A stretch of DNA of 64,000 bases from NCBI GenBank assembly GCA_964016885.1, contig OZ024741.1, positions 216,938,001 through 217,002,000 of the forward strand, in the 5' to 3' direction. The first letter of the stretch is position 1. Every line of letters starts with the position of its first letter. Of the stretch, positions 23,713-36,053 are shown in pieces. The notes under the pieces were generated by a model, which worked only from the letters and a program-made list of their open reading frames with translations, did not search any database and was not told the origin of the DNA. Position numbers and translations under genes: made by a program. Source of the DNA: Eledone cirrhosa. Lineage: Eukaryota.

Positions 23713-26107
23713 AGCTGTTGATAACAGCATCAAACTAGCTAATTTCTTGGATGTATCTCTTAATCTTGACACTGGCCTATATTACCCTTACCATAAAAAC
23801 AATGAGAACCTAAATGATGTTAATTTTAAATCTAACCACCCCACTAATATTAAGAATGCTATAGTTAGTAATATTGGAAAAAGAATATCCAACCTATCAT
23901 CTAATAAAAACATCTTTGATGCTAACGCCAATTACTATAATAACGCGCTTTCTAAAGCCGGTTATCCTGATAAAATCAAATATAGTAAAGAAACAAATTC
24001 TAGAAGATCTTAATTAATCATGATCATTCCAATAACTTTAATAAAAGACCTAGATACAAAAACATAATCTCGTATAATGCTCCTTTCTTCATCTCTATTA
24101 ATAATAATATTCCTAAATTATTCTTTAGTGCCTTAAATAAATGCTTCCCTCCCTCACATATCTATAGTAAAATATTTAACAAACACACTATAAAAGTTTC
24201 CTATTCGACCTCCTCCAACATCTCCAACATTATCTCTAAACACAACAATATATTACTAAATACTAAATCTCTTCCATCCAACACTGAATATCATAATAAT
24301 AGTAATAGTACTCCCGACGTCATTGTTAACTCTAGGCTAATTTCTGCAAACTCAAATACAACGTCAAACGCAACTTCGTTAAATGTTCTTAATCCCATTC
24401 TAAATCAAGAAACTATTATTCCTATCGTAAATAACTTCTGCAATCCAATTCCTTCTATAGATAACACTAGGTCACTTGTTAATAACTCTGTTAATTTCTC
24501 TAATCGCAATTGTAATTGCCCTGTTAAAAATAAATGTCCTCCCAACAACTATTGCCTTGAAAAAAACTTAATCTACGAATGTAAAGTTATAACTGACACC
24601 AATTCCTTTACCTATTTTGGCTCCACTTCCACCTCCTTTAAAGCTCGTCTTTATAATCATCATTCGTCTTTTAAATACCAACTTAAAAGAACCAACACGG
24701 CTCTCTCAGAACTCATATGGTCCTTGAAAGACAAAAATATTAACTATAACATCTCTTGGAGGAAGGTTTGTTCTGCTTCTTCATACTTGAATGGTTCTCT
24801 ATCCAAGACATGTAATCTGTTTATGTGAGAAATTTACCATTATATCTAATTTAGATTCTATAATAAATAGACGCACTGACTTGTTTTCTCTCTGCTTGCA
24901 TAAATTCCACAGAACATTCCATAAAGTATACAGCTAATATCTAATACTTTACCAATTTAAAATCCTTTTCTCAAAGGCACATATATATACATATATATTT
25001 CTTTAAAAATGTACCCATCTTTCTACCTTATTTCAATGTTATTTATTATACATTATATAATACTTGTTACTTATTCTATATCACTCCTATTTATCACTTC
25101 CCTTTCTTTCTTTTTTCCTTTTTTCTTTTTTTCTTTTTCTTTTAATTTATAACCTCTAATCTGTACCTTTTCTTCCTAGATACTTCTCAATTCTCATTAT
25201 TACTCACCACAATATATCCTTACCCTTTTAAATACTTTATAATATCACCTTGAAAAATCCTTCGTAAACATAAACATTTTTTTGACGTTAGATTATTCAT
25301 CCACAATTCATTATTTTTTTCTCCCTTTCATGCTCATCTAACTTATACATATTACACTTATTCATCCACTCTTCTACTTCTTTTCACAATATATCCTTAA
25401 TTACATTACTATTGTTATATTTTTATATTTTTTTAATAATACATATGAACAATTTCTTTCCATCGCACATATTATTAAACCCTTAAATATTATTCTTAAT
25501 ACATATTAACAATTTCTTTTCATCGCACATATTATTAAACCCTTCAATATACAAACCTTAATTTAACATTATTCTAAAATTTTTCTCTTCGTTAATTTTC
25601 AAATTCTTTTAATTTATATATTATCTTCCAACGGTTTTTTAACCTCTCTATGTAAAACAATATATTTTTCTCAGTTATAAAAGCTATCTCTCTGTCTCTA
25701 TCACCCATCTCTCCTCCTATCGCATCCCTCCTTATTATACTCCTCCCCCTCCATTCTTTACTCTCATCTCCTCCTCTTTTTCATCCTTTCCACCCCCACC
25801 CTCTCAATTTTTTCCCAATATCACACATCAATCTAAAACTATTTTTCATATGTTGATTTAAAACTGCACTATTCACAAATGTTTTTTAACCTTCATATCA
25901 TGTTTCCCTATTTTATCTGACGAAAACGCAAATGTCATCGCATGATGATATTTGTTTTTGAAATGCGCATAATAAAATACATGGAACTCTTTTAACCATC
26001 TTTTGATCTTATATATTATTTATACTCCAGTCCTACAAACTGTAGAGTGCTACTTATACGATATCTGCATTGCTTTATCGTACTACAATAAAACTCACCT
26101 CCTACAT
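23712..26107 (+). mobile_element. 5'-truncated Naiad-type PLE (second family)
   Basis: NFLDVSLNL..SNHP, CNCPVKNKCP..C and GIY-YIG-type YEC..YFGST..FKAR..H. Long AT-rich 3' UTR and a pLTR with a hammerhead. Confidence 0.88.
25909..25979 (+). ncRNA. Minimal type I hammerhead ribozyme
   Basis: UAUUUUAU-CUGACGA-AAAcgCAAAUGUCAUC(gcau)GAUGAUAUUUGuuUUU-GAAA-UGCGCA-UA-AUAAAAUA. Stem I is 8 bp, stem II is long, stem III is palindromic. Confidence 0.88.
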
Positions 26108-26120
26108 ATATATATATATA

Positions 26121-26770
26121 TGATGACGGGATGTTTCTCTACACCTTCTTCGGAAGATGTATCTACTTCATTCCAGAAACTAATTAGTTGGAAGTGATAT
26201 TTTAGTAAGTAAGTTAATTTTATAATTTTCTTATCTTACGTCTCTTATATTATTGTTCTGCAACCGCATGCATTGAACCACAATGTTATTAAGACAAAAC
26301 CTATATATTTGCTAGCATCGATATGCATTTGTATGTATATATATGTTACTAGATATAAATTCTTTATTATTATCTCCAAAATATTTGTCGAGCAATACTG
26401 GCCATGACTGCTGCTACGGTAGTAGGCTGGCCGCTGTCTTATTAACAACCCACTTTCCACCGATTGACCTCGATGTCACGTGTTCGATTCTTTTTGAATT
26501 TGCCACAGACACAGAGGCAGTGATTTTCTCAATGGCTAGGAAGTAAGTCCACGCTTTGCTATTTCCTATTCACTGATTTATTTTTTAATAAGCTTCCAGA
26601 GTCCTCGCTTTGCCTGGAAACTTATATGAGAATAGACTTTCCTGATGACGGGATGTTTCTCTACACCTTCTTCGGAAGATGTATCTACTCCATTGCAGAA
26701 ACTAATTAGTTGGAAGTGATATTTTAGTAAGTAAGTTAATTTTATAATTTTCTTATCTTACGTCTCTTAT
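26121..26770 (+). mobile_element. Short non-coding PLE derivative with direct terminal repeats (26121-26247 and 26643-26769)
   Basis: Near-identical direct repeats of about 125 bp, each carrying hammerhead sequence. Flanked by (TA)n. Confidence 0.75.
26636..26717 (+). ncRNA. Type I hammerhead ribozyme
   Basis: ACUUUC-CUGAUGA-cGGGAUG...CAUUgca-GAAA-CUAAUUAG-UU-GGAAGU. The upstream copy (26121-26195) has the better stem II (CAUUCC) but lacks stem I and C3. Confidence 0.75.
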
Positions 26771-27317
26771 ATATATATATGTATGTATATCTGTGTATAT
26801 ACATCACTCAGTCAAACGACCAGATTTCAACCCCAACATCTACAACACCGGCACTAATGTTTACAGCAACAACAGCTTCAGAATGAATTGAAATGAACAT
26901 TTACAACGGCATCAAACGATTAAAAAATTAAAAAACCACAAACAAACAAAAAAACTCAAAATAACAAAACACACACACGCACACAACACAACACAACAAC
27001 AACTGCCACCACCACCACCACCACCGCCGCCATCACCATCACCATCACCAACTTTAATAATAATAATTTTTCTGCTTTTGGTACGGATCCAGCGACTGGT
27101 CCAGCGCATTACTGGTACTCTCTTTTGTTGACTCCGTGGGGATGAAAGGCAAGGTTGACCTCGGCGGGATTTAAGCTCAGAGCGTGGAGAGCCATAGCTC
27201 TATGCTGTAAAGCAATTATAATAATACTGGACTGTAATACGAACGGCTTCAACTATACGAACTCTTGAAAGTCAACAGTTGACATAATCTTGTAATCTTG
27301 TATCAGTAATGACGGTA

Positions 27318-27349
<32 letters not shown>

Positions 27350-27532
27350 AAGTGAGTAGCGTGTGTTTGTATGTATGAGTGTTGCTGTGCGCGCGCGTAT
27401 GTATGCGTGTGTGTGTGCGCGTATGTATGCGTGTGTGTGCGCGCGTATGTATGCGCATGTGTGTATGTCGTACGTATAAGCGTCAATAAGTGAATTTTTT
27501 TGTTTTTGTTTTTTGCGCGGGGACATAGAAAT

Positions 27533-27800
27533 AATTGGGCTGGATGCCCGATCGCGCAGTTAAACCGCTGGGAGTGAAGAACCCCTAGCCCTTGTCAGGG
27601 CATTCTTCTAGGAGAAGGCATCTCAGGAAACTGGGTTAACTCCGACATAAAACCTGCGGCTCAGTAGTTACCGATGATGTTGATCTTTTCTTCTTTTCGG
27701 GTTATAGCTACTGTCGCTCGGAGAGTGGGATTGGCTCAGTGCACAGTCTTTCCTCACTTTAAAAATATTCGTCACGCACAGGCATTGCACGAGTGCATTA
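27533..27800 (+). mobile_element. Short GC-richer retroposon-like segment resembling an RTE-type 5' UTR, ending in an A/T-rich tail
   Basis: cagggcattcttctaggagaaggcatctcaggaaactg...taaaacctgc motif, followed by (TTA)n. Confidence 0.35.
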
Positions 27801-27817
27801 ATAATTATTAATAGTGT

Positions 27818-30609
27818 ATTATTATTATTATTATTATTGTTGTTGTTATTCCTTGAATCTCAGTCATTGATGTTGGTTAACTGGAAAGTCCGTTGGATTG
27901 AATATCAAGCCACTACCTGCAGCCTCAGATATTCAGGACGTATCGGAGGGTTCTTGCTGTTCCAAGCAAGCATGCCTTTTGAAGCGTTCCAAAAAGCGTG
28001 AAGGGGCCGATTTTCTTTAACCATCCCTGGAAACTTTTGGAGATAGTCCCCAGTGCGCCTATGACAATCGGGATCACTTTGACTTCATGGCAGTTCCAAA
28101 TCCTTTTCACCTCCCACTTTAGGTCCTGGTATCGGTTAATTTTCTCCCTCTCCTTCTCTTGCACTCTCGTGTCGAACGGGCAGGCCACATCCACAATCAG
28201 GCACGATCTTTTTTCTTTGTCCACAACCACCAGGTCAGGTCTATTGTGTTCCAGTTTTTTGTCCGTCTGTATCCTAAAATCCCACAGCACCTTCACCTGA
28301 TTGTTCTCCATCACCGCCTCTGGCCTATGCTCATACCATTTCTCAGAATGTGGTAAATTGTTTACTTTGCACAGGTGCCAGTGGATCACCCTGCCCATCA
28401 CATCGTGTCTCCAGCCCTTATAGTGGGTCTGGGCTAGGTGTTTACACTCGGACACAATGTGAGCCACAGTTTCCTCTCTCTCTCCACAGATCCTGCACAG
28501 TGGGCTAGCCTCCTCCTTGTAAATATGGTGCTTCAACCACTTCGTTTTGAGGGCCTGCTCCTGCGCAGCCATTAGCATTCCTTCTGTAGCCTTTTTGAGG
28601 TCTCCTCTTCTCAAACAGTTCCATGTCTGTGGATCTCTAAATTCAGTTTTCTCAAAGAAGGTACTATGAAGGGATTTTCCCTTAAGGCTGCTCTTCCTCC
28701 TTGATGTTATTTCCTCCTTGGACATCCCCTGGCCTACTGTCCCCTCCTTCAGTACAGTTCTGAGCATTGGCTCCTTACTATAGGTCACGTATTTGTATAG
28801 GTTGTTTTTCTCCATCTGAACACAGTCCTCTATGCTGATAAGACCTCTTCCACCCTCAGATCTCCTTAGGTAGAGTCTATCGACATCACTCCTCTTGTGG
28901 AACATGTTGTAGATAGTCAATAGCTTCCTAGTCTTCCTATCCATTTCTTTTTGTTCAGCAACATTCCATCTCAGAATTCCCGCACTGTACCTAATAATAG
29001 ACACAGCTCGGGAATTTACTGCGCTTATGGCATTTCTGCTGTTCAGATGTGACTTCAATACGCTCCTTACTCTCCGAATGTATTCAGTTCTTAACAATTC
29101 CTTCATTTTTTTGTTCTTTATGCCATCAGCCTCCAGAACGCCCAAATACTTGTATCCTTCCTCAGAGTCAATTTCCTTTATCATCTCACCTGTTGGTATC
29201 TGGATCCCGTTACTTCTGCTCAACTTACCCCTCCTCATCACAATGACTCCACATTTACCAATACCAAACTGCATACATATATCACTGCTGAAAATACGGA
29301 CAGTGTCAACAAGCACATCCAACTCCTTCTCACTTTTCCCGAAGAGCTTAAGATCGTCCATGAAGAGGAGGTGATTGATGGTAAGCTCTCCCCTTCCCAA
29401 CTTGTATCCTGCTCTCACTTTTCGCAGCATAATGGTCAAGGGCATCAGGGCAAGGACAAACAACAGAGGGGACAGGCTATCTCCCTGGAAGATACCTCTC
29501 TTGATCTTCACGCTTCCCAAGGATACTCCAGTTGATGTCAACTCTGTCTCCCAGGACCCCATACTCCTGCCTAGCAACTGTCTGATGTTATCTGCCACCC
29601 TGAAGATCTCCAGGCTTTTGGTGATCCAAGAATGAGGCACCATGTCAAATGCCTTTCTGTAGTCTATCCATCCCATGGCAAGATCAGTGTGTCTCCTCCT
29701 GCAATTCCCCATTACCATCTTATCAATAAGTAACTGGTCTTTTGTACCACGTGACTTCTTTCGGCATCCTTTCTGTTCGTCCGGTAACAAGTTGTTTGTG
29801 TGGAGGTGATGGTAGATTTCCTCAGACACAATGCTCGTCAACAGTTTCCACATTACGGACAGACATGTGATAGGTCTATAGTTGGTAACATCATTACCCT
29901 TGATTCGGTCTTTCATTATCAGAACTGTGGTACCTTTTGTCAACCACTCTGGCACCTCACCCGACACCAAGCAGTCATTGAACATGGCCGTCAGCTTCGG
30001 GTGGAGGGATGTTAAATGTTTAATCCAATACCCCTGCACACCATCTGGGCCTGGTGATTTCCAGTTGGTTAGTTTTTTGGCCTGCCCCTTAAGAGTTTCA
30101 ACTGTGATACTCAAATCAGTTTGTTGTTGTGCCTGCTCACCGATCTCCCTCTGTACTGTCTCAATCCACCCTGCCTGGACATTATGTCTAACATCCTGCT
30201 CCCATATTCCTCTCCAGAATGTTTTAGTTTGCTCCGCCCCAGGGATCAAGTCGTTGCCTCTTTCTTTCCCCTCAAGCTGTCCAAACAGCATCTTCTGGTT
30301 GTTGTCGAACATGCGGTTCTGTTTATACTGACTGACTCTGTTCTCGTATCGCCTGATTTTTGCACTCTTTGCTACAATGCGTTGCTTCAGTTCCTCTATG
30401 ATAATATTTAGCTTTTTCCTCCTAGTTTTGTATTTTATTTCCAGTCTATTTTTAGTGCCTATGTTTTTTAGTGTCCCATTCAGTAGTGACTCAAGCTTTC
30501 CTATGTCATTTCTCATTTCCCCGATTTGCCCACTCAGTCGCTTCTTCCACCACGGCTCTGCTCTTTCTTGTCTGTTGTTTCCTCTCGCTTTTATACCAAG
30601 TAGTTTCCT
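27818..30609 (-). mobile_element. 5'-truncated R4/Dong-type RLE LINE (family A), open ORF 27925-30516
   Basis: RT (FQGDSLSPLLF, HLLFMDDLKL), CCHC and RHD/RPD RLE. Near-identical to 39841-43233 and truncated exactly where a (TTA)n array begins. Confidence 0.96.
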
Positions 30610-33279
30610 ATTATTATTATTATTATTATTATTTGCATTTATCTTGCTTTATGTTTATACGAGTTATCACCAAGTCACAACCAGTGACCTCAAGAGACAA
30701 CAAGGTCCGCCATGTTCAAGAAAGAACACACATATTCACACATGCATCCTTAGTGTTTAGACTTGTGATGTACTTATATTGACAGGATCTTCCTTAGTAT
30801 ATGGGCAGTTCCCATTAGTACTATCTTTTGTATTTCTCCTATACGCGGGTTTCCTGGGATTTGCGATAAGTAGTCGTTAGACCCCTTAGCGCCTACAACC
30901 ACTGGTATTGTTTTAGTTCTCAATTTCCACATTTTTCCAATTTCTATCTCCAGGTCCTTATACTTGCTCAATTTTTCAAATGTTTTTATAGATACATTCT
31001 TGTCTATTGGAACAGACATATCAATTAGCAGGCATACCCTCCTTTGAAAGTCCTTCAATATTATATCAGGTCTATTTGCATCTATTTTTCGGTCTGTTTG
31101 GATGCTAAAGTTCCACAAGATTGAGATGTGATCTTTTTCAAGTATGGGAGGTGGTTGATGCTCCCACCAATTCTTTTGATGGGGCAGGTCAAAATGCTTA
31201 CACATTATCCAATGTATGTATTGTGCAGCTCTGTCATGCCTGTTTAGGTATTCGGTTGGAGCTATAGGACTGCACATTGAAATTATATGGTCAATGGTCT
31301 CTGGTTGTTTTTTGCATACACGGCATAATGGGCTGCACCCATTTTTTATTATGTTGGCTTGGTAATTTTTTGTTGGCAGACACTGATCTTGTGCCGATAT
31401 AATCAGTCCTTCAGTCTCCGATTTCAGTCCAGAGGATGCCAACCACTGATGGGTTAAAGTTTTGTCAACATCAGGATTGTTAGCTCGCTCTGGGTATTTT
31501 CCATACAGAGGCTTTTCTTGCCATTTCTTAGCCAGTTTCTGTAGCAGTTCTTTCTTTGCAGTTACTTTTACCTGCTTTGCTTTTTCTGTGTTTTCCATTT
31601 CAGCAGTAAATGGGACTTCTGAAATTTGTAGTCCATTACTGTATCTTTGTGCATCTTTTGTAATGGAATATGATCTTTTGGTGCTTTCGTGTTTCAAAAC
31701 GAGTTTGATCATCCAATCATGTGATTCCCTTAGATATGTGGATAATCCAATTGTTGCAGTTTTCAACGCAATGTCTAACTGGATTAACCCACGTCCTCCT
31801 TCTTTCCTAGGGAGATATATTCTATCTATGTCTGCCTTAGGGTGATGCATTCTGTGCATGGTTAAGAATTTTCGGATTTTTGTATCGAGCCTACGGATCT
31901 CTGTGCTTGACCAGTTGATGACATTGTAACTGTAGGTTACTACTGGTATGGCAAGCGTGTTTATGGCATCGATCCTATTCCTTGCATTCAATTCCGTTCT
32001 TAAGATTGCTCTGACTCTGCGGTAACATTCCTTCCTTATCCTTTCCCTCATTGTCGAGTGCTTGATTCCGTCTCCTTCACAAACACCTAGATATTTGTAA
32101 GTTTGTTCTTGATCAAGCTCTCTTATCACGTTCCCCCGATCAAGATTAATGTCTGAACTCTTCAGCAGCTTTCCTCTGGTGAACGTTGCTTTGGCGCATT
32201 TATCCAGTCCAAACTCCATTTTAATGTCATCACTGAACTGCTTCACAGTGGATAATAGCCCTTGCAATTGTTCATCATTTTTTGCGAATAGTTTCAGGTC
32301 ATCCATGTAGAACAGGTGATTAATGGTTTTGTCATAGACTCTATATCCATGTTTTGTTTCATTGAGCATTTTACTTAATGGTATAAGTGCGATGCAGAAT
32401 AAAAGCGGTGATAAAGAGTCACCCTGAAAAATTCCACAATTAATATTAACTTCTCCAGCTTCCAGTGATTTTGTTTCACTATTCAAAAGGAGTGTCGTTT
32501 TCCATGTCTTCATACTGAATGACAAAAACCTCCTGACAACGGGGGATATTTTGAAAATCTCTAAACAATTTTCAATCCAACTGTGTGGCAAACTATCAAA
32601 TGCTTTTTTATAATCTATCCAAGCAATCGATAGATTTTTGTGTCTATTATGACAATCTTCCAGTATCATTTTGTTAACCAGAAACTGATCCTTACAGCCA
32701 TATGAGCCTCGTTTACACCCTTTCTGCTCAATGGGAAATAGGTCATTTGTTATCAGGTGGTCATATGTGTATTCAGTTAGGACTGATGTTAAAATTTTAT
32801 ACATTGTGGTCAAGCAGGTTATCGGTCTGTAATTTTTGGGATTGTTTGTCTCATCATTCTTCGGTAGCAGGAATGTAATGCCATTAACTAGCCATGATGG
32901 TATCTTTTCTGGCTCCTTAACTATTTCATTGTAAAGTTGGGCCAACAGCTCATGAGACTCTGTGAAGGCATTTATCCAAAAGTTTTGTATTTTGTCTTTT
33001 CCTGGGGATTTCCATTTGCTGGTTTTTCTTAGAGCCAAGCGCAGCTGTTCAACTGTTATATTTTCCCATGTTTGTTCTTCAAGGTGAGCTGTTTCTTTCA
33101 TTTGTCTGTCTATCCATGGGGCATGTATGTTATGAACTTTTTCTTCGGCCCAGATCTTTTCCCAGAATTCTTGCACTTCCTCCTTGGGTGGTATTGATTT
33201 AGCAGTTATTGTTGACTTACCAATTTTTCTGTAGAAGTTTCTTTGGTTGTTTTTGAACATATTATTGTCATATTGAACA

Positions 33280-33282
<3 letters not shown>
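30610..33282 (-). mobile_element. 5'-truncated R4/Dong-type RLE LINE (family B), open ORF 30774-33260
   Basis: 828-aa RT-CCHC-RLE (HLFYMDDLKL, CRVC..HIISMC, RHD, RPDII). (TTA)n at both ends. Confidence 0.96.
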
Positions 33283-33349
<67 letters not shown>

Positions 33350-33734
33350 GGCGACCTACGTAGTAAATCGTATCATCGTGAGCTCCGCAAAGGTTTGTTA
33401 TTTCCGTTTGTTAAAAATTGTCATTTATGGAAAATTTTATTGGTTTTATTGGTTTTATTGGGATTTCCATTTGCTGGTTTTTCTTAGAGCCAAGCGCAGC
33501 TGTTCAACTGTTATATTTTCCCATGTTTGTTCTTCAAGGTGAGCTGTTTCTTTCATTTGTCTGTCTATCCATGGGGCATGTATGTTATTAACTTTTTCTT
33601 CGGCCCAGATCTTTTCCCAGAATTCTTGCACTTCCTCCTTGGGTGGTATTGATTTAGCAGTTATTGTTGACTTACCAATTTTTCTGTAGAAGTTTCTTTG
33701 GTTGTTTTTGAACATATTATTGTCATATTGAACA

Positions 33735-33798
<64 letters not shown>

Positions 33799-33891
33799 GG
33801 CGACCTACGTAGTAAATCGTATCATCGTGAGCTCCGCAAAGGTTTGTTATTTCCGTTTGTTAAAAATTGTCATTTATGGAAAATTTTATTG
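33005..33891. repeat. Tandem duplication of about 450 bp spanning the Dong-B/(TTA)n/Tx1 junction
   Basis: 33005-33442 is repeated at 33460-33891. Junction filler is ggttttattggttttatt. Confidence 0.92.
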
Positions 33892-34146
33892 TTAACTGTT
33901 TATAAGCGCACATACATTGTTTTCCGAAAAGGACACCCAAAAAGATTGGGGCCTTGTGCCCAAAAAAAACATTTAAACTTTATTATTATCAAAAAATTTC
34001 TTTGAAAAAAATGGCTAATTCCCCTCTGCACCAAGCAGCTGAAAGCCTTCCTCACAAAATAACACCTCACACCGACACCACCATTGTAAATGTTACTACG
34101 TTTGCCAACACAAAAAAAATATATAAGCAGTAGCAATATTTTAAAT

Positions 34147-36019
34147 ATGTCTCAGGCAGACATTCATTTCCCGCTATTACCAATGACTGCAGGTGTTAAA
34201 GCCTCCACCACCACCACCACCGCGACAACCACCACCCCCACCACCACCGCGACAACAGAAACAAAAGAAGAAAAAAATAAATTAACTCGTGATGTCGAAA
34301 TGAAATCAAGCAAAATGGACTCTTCCCCACCAAAGACGACTGACGTCACCACCACCACAACTGAAACTAAAATTAATATTAACACAAATAACGATAGCAA
34401 CAACAACAATGACATTATAAAAACGACCCCCAGTTTTGCAATAGTAGCAAAACAGTTCGAAGCATTTACGGTAACTCAGGAGGATTTAGAAAATGCCAAA
34501 CAAATGGTAAAGAAAGATGGGTACAGGGTCAGCCTCACCCCACCCCCACCCCCACCCCCCACCTAATAAAATGGAGCATCGGCGCCTATGCACCGTGTCG
34601 TATCGAACTATAAATGTAAAATCGCGCCGAGTGGAACGGGCATCCGAATCCCAAATCCAAAAAGCTTTGGGACATGTGTGGGCAAGAAAAACCCACATCA
34701 GACGTGGGCAGAAGTATGGAACCGTGGACGTGTTCTTTGAAACACCAGAGGAGGCTAGAGAACACTCCATGGCCCCATTAAGAAGTGACGACTTCACACT
34801 CGTCCCAAGCTATTGTGGCCAGAGACTCGTAAAGATCAGGGTGACCCACGTTCCACCGGCCATCGAAATTCCCTGGCTAATAGCGGCCGTCCTCGCCGGC
34901 ATCGAAGCCAACACAAAAATAATAGCAATAGCATAAGAAAAGCAGGAGAACTGGTCCGGATCTGGGATGGAGCTCCTGATCCAAGCGGACCAAAAAAGCA
35001 TTGAGGAGATCCCAGAGGTAATAGACCTCACTGACGGCAGCCACCTCACGGTAATAGTCGAGGGCAGAAGACCTAGGTGTGTCGTTTGTGGTGAAGGAAC
35101 CCACCTAAGGGCTTTCTGCCCTCAGGCTAAAAGGTTGAGGCCACCTCTCCTACCCACCCCAGTGACACAACCATCAACACCACCAGTAGCAGAGATGGCA
35201 GCAACAACTGTAGCAGCAACAACAGAAGCAACTATAACAGCAACAACCCCAGCAACAGTAGCAAAACCAACACCACCACCACCACCAGCAAAACCAACAC
35301 CACCACCACCCAACGCTTCAGAACTAGCACCAGCGCCTACACCATCCACCACGCCACAACCAAAACTAACGCCTGTGGAGGATTTTCCACTCCCCGGCCT
35401 ATCACAACTGGAGACAGATTGTGACGACGAGGAATGGGAAACGATATCCGGAAAAAAAAAAAGAAACCAAAAAAGAAAAAATTCTCTTCCTTCCCCCACC
35501 AAAAACAAAATACAGAAGGAAACAAATAAACTAAGAAACAAAAAAGTTAGGACAGATATGCCACCATCCACACCAGCATCACCAACCCCATCAACCCAAA
35601 CACCAACACCATCACCATCATTAACTCCAACACCACCATCACCTACACCACAAAAGTCACCAAAATGCGAAACAGAAACAAACCCATAACAAACGCAAAC
35701 AAAACAAAACAACCAAAACGATACACACTACACAGCATTAAATTTGAACAACAAGCAATTATTACACTACATCCAACACAACACCAGCATCACAGAAAAA
35801 GACTACACAACAACCCCAAAATTCACACCACCTCCACACATACAAATCACTCGCATCACACAGAAAACGTACATGACACTAAAACAAAAATTCCCCAAAG
35901 ACATCGGAGACTTCCGACAAGCACTCTCCAGGAGGATTTATAAGGACATCCTTCCTGAGGAAGCCACAAGCAGGGAAAAGGATGGAAAAACCGTCCTTCC
36001 CCTACGAGAAGTAAGGTAA
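34147..36019 (+). pseudogene. Tx1-type ORF1 (Thr/Pro-rich, zinc knuckle)
   Basis: One frameshift in the C-rich run near 34550 and two in-frame TAA stops (34934, 35687). ORF pieces at 34517, 34967 and 35744 share one frame. Confidence 0.85.
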
Positions 36020-36053
36020 GTGGTCTTTCCCATCTTTTCCACTCCTTTTCAAC

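Noticed and set aside
22834-23772. 312-aa ORF as a novel fusion protein
   Set aside because: Its first ~20 codons are the antisense of the neighbouring Naiad fragment, so this is a junction artefact.
27998-30411. Plus-strand ORFs opposite the Dong elements (repeated at 39914-43203)
   Set aside because: Antisense shadows of the RT ORF with no recognisable domains.
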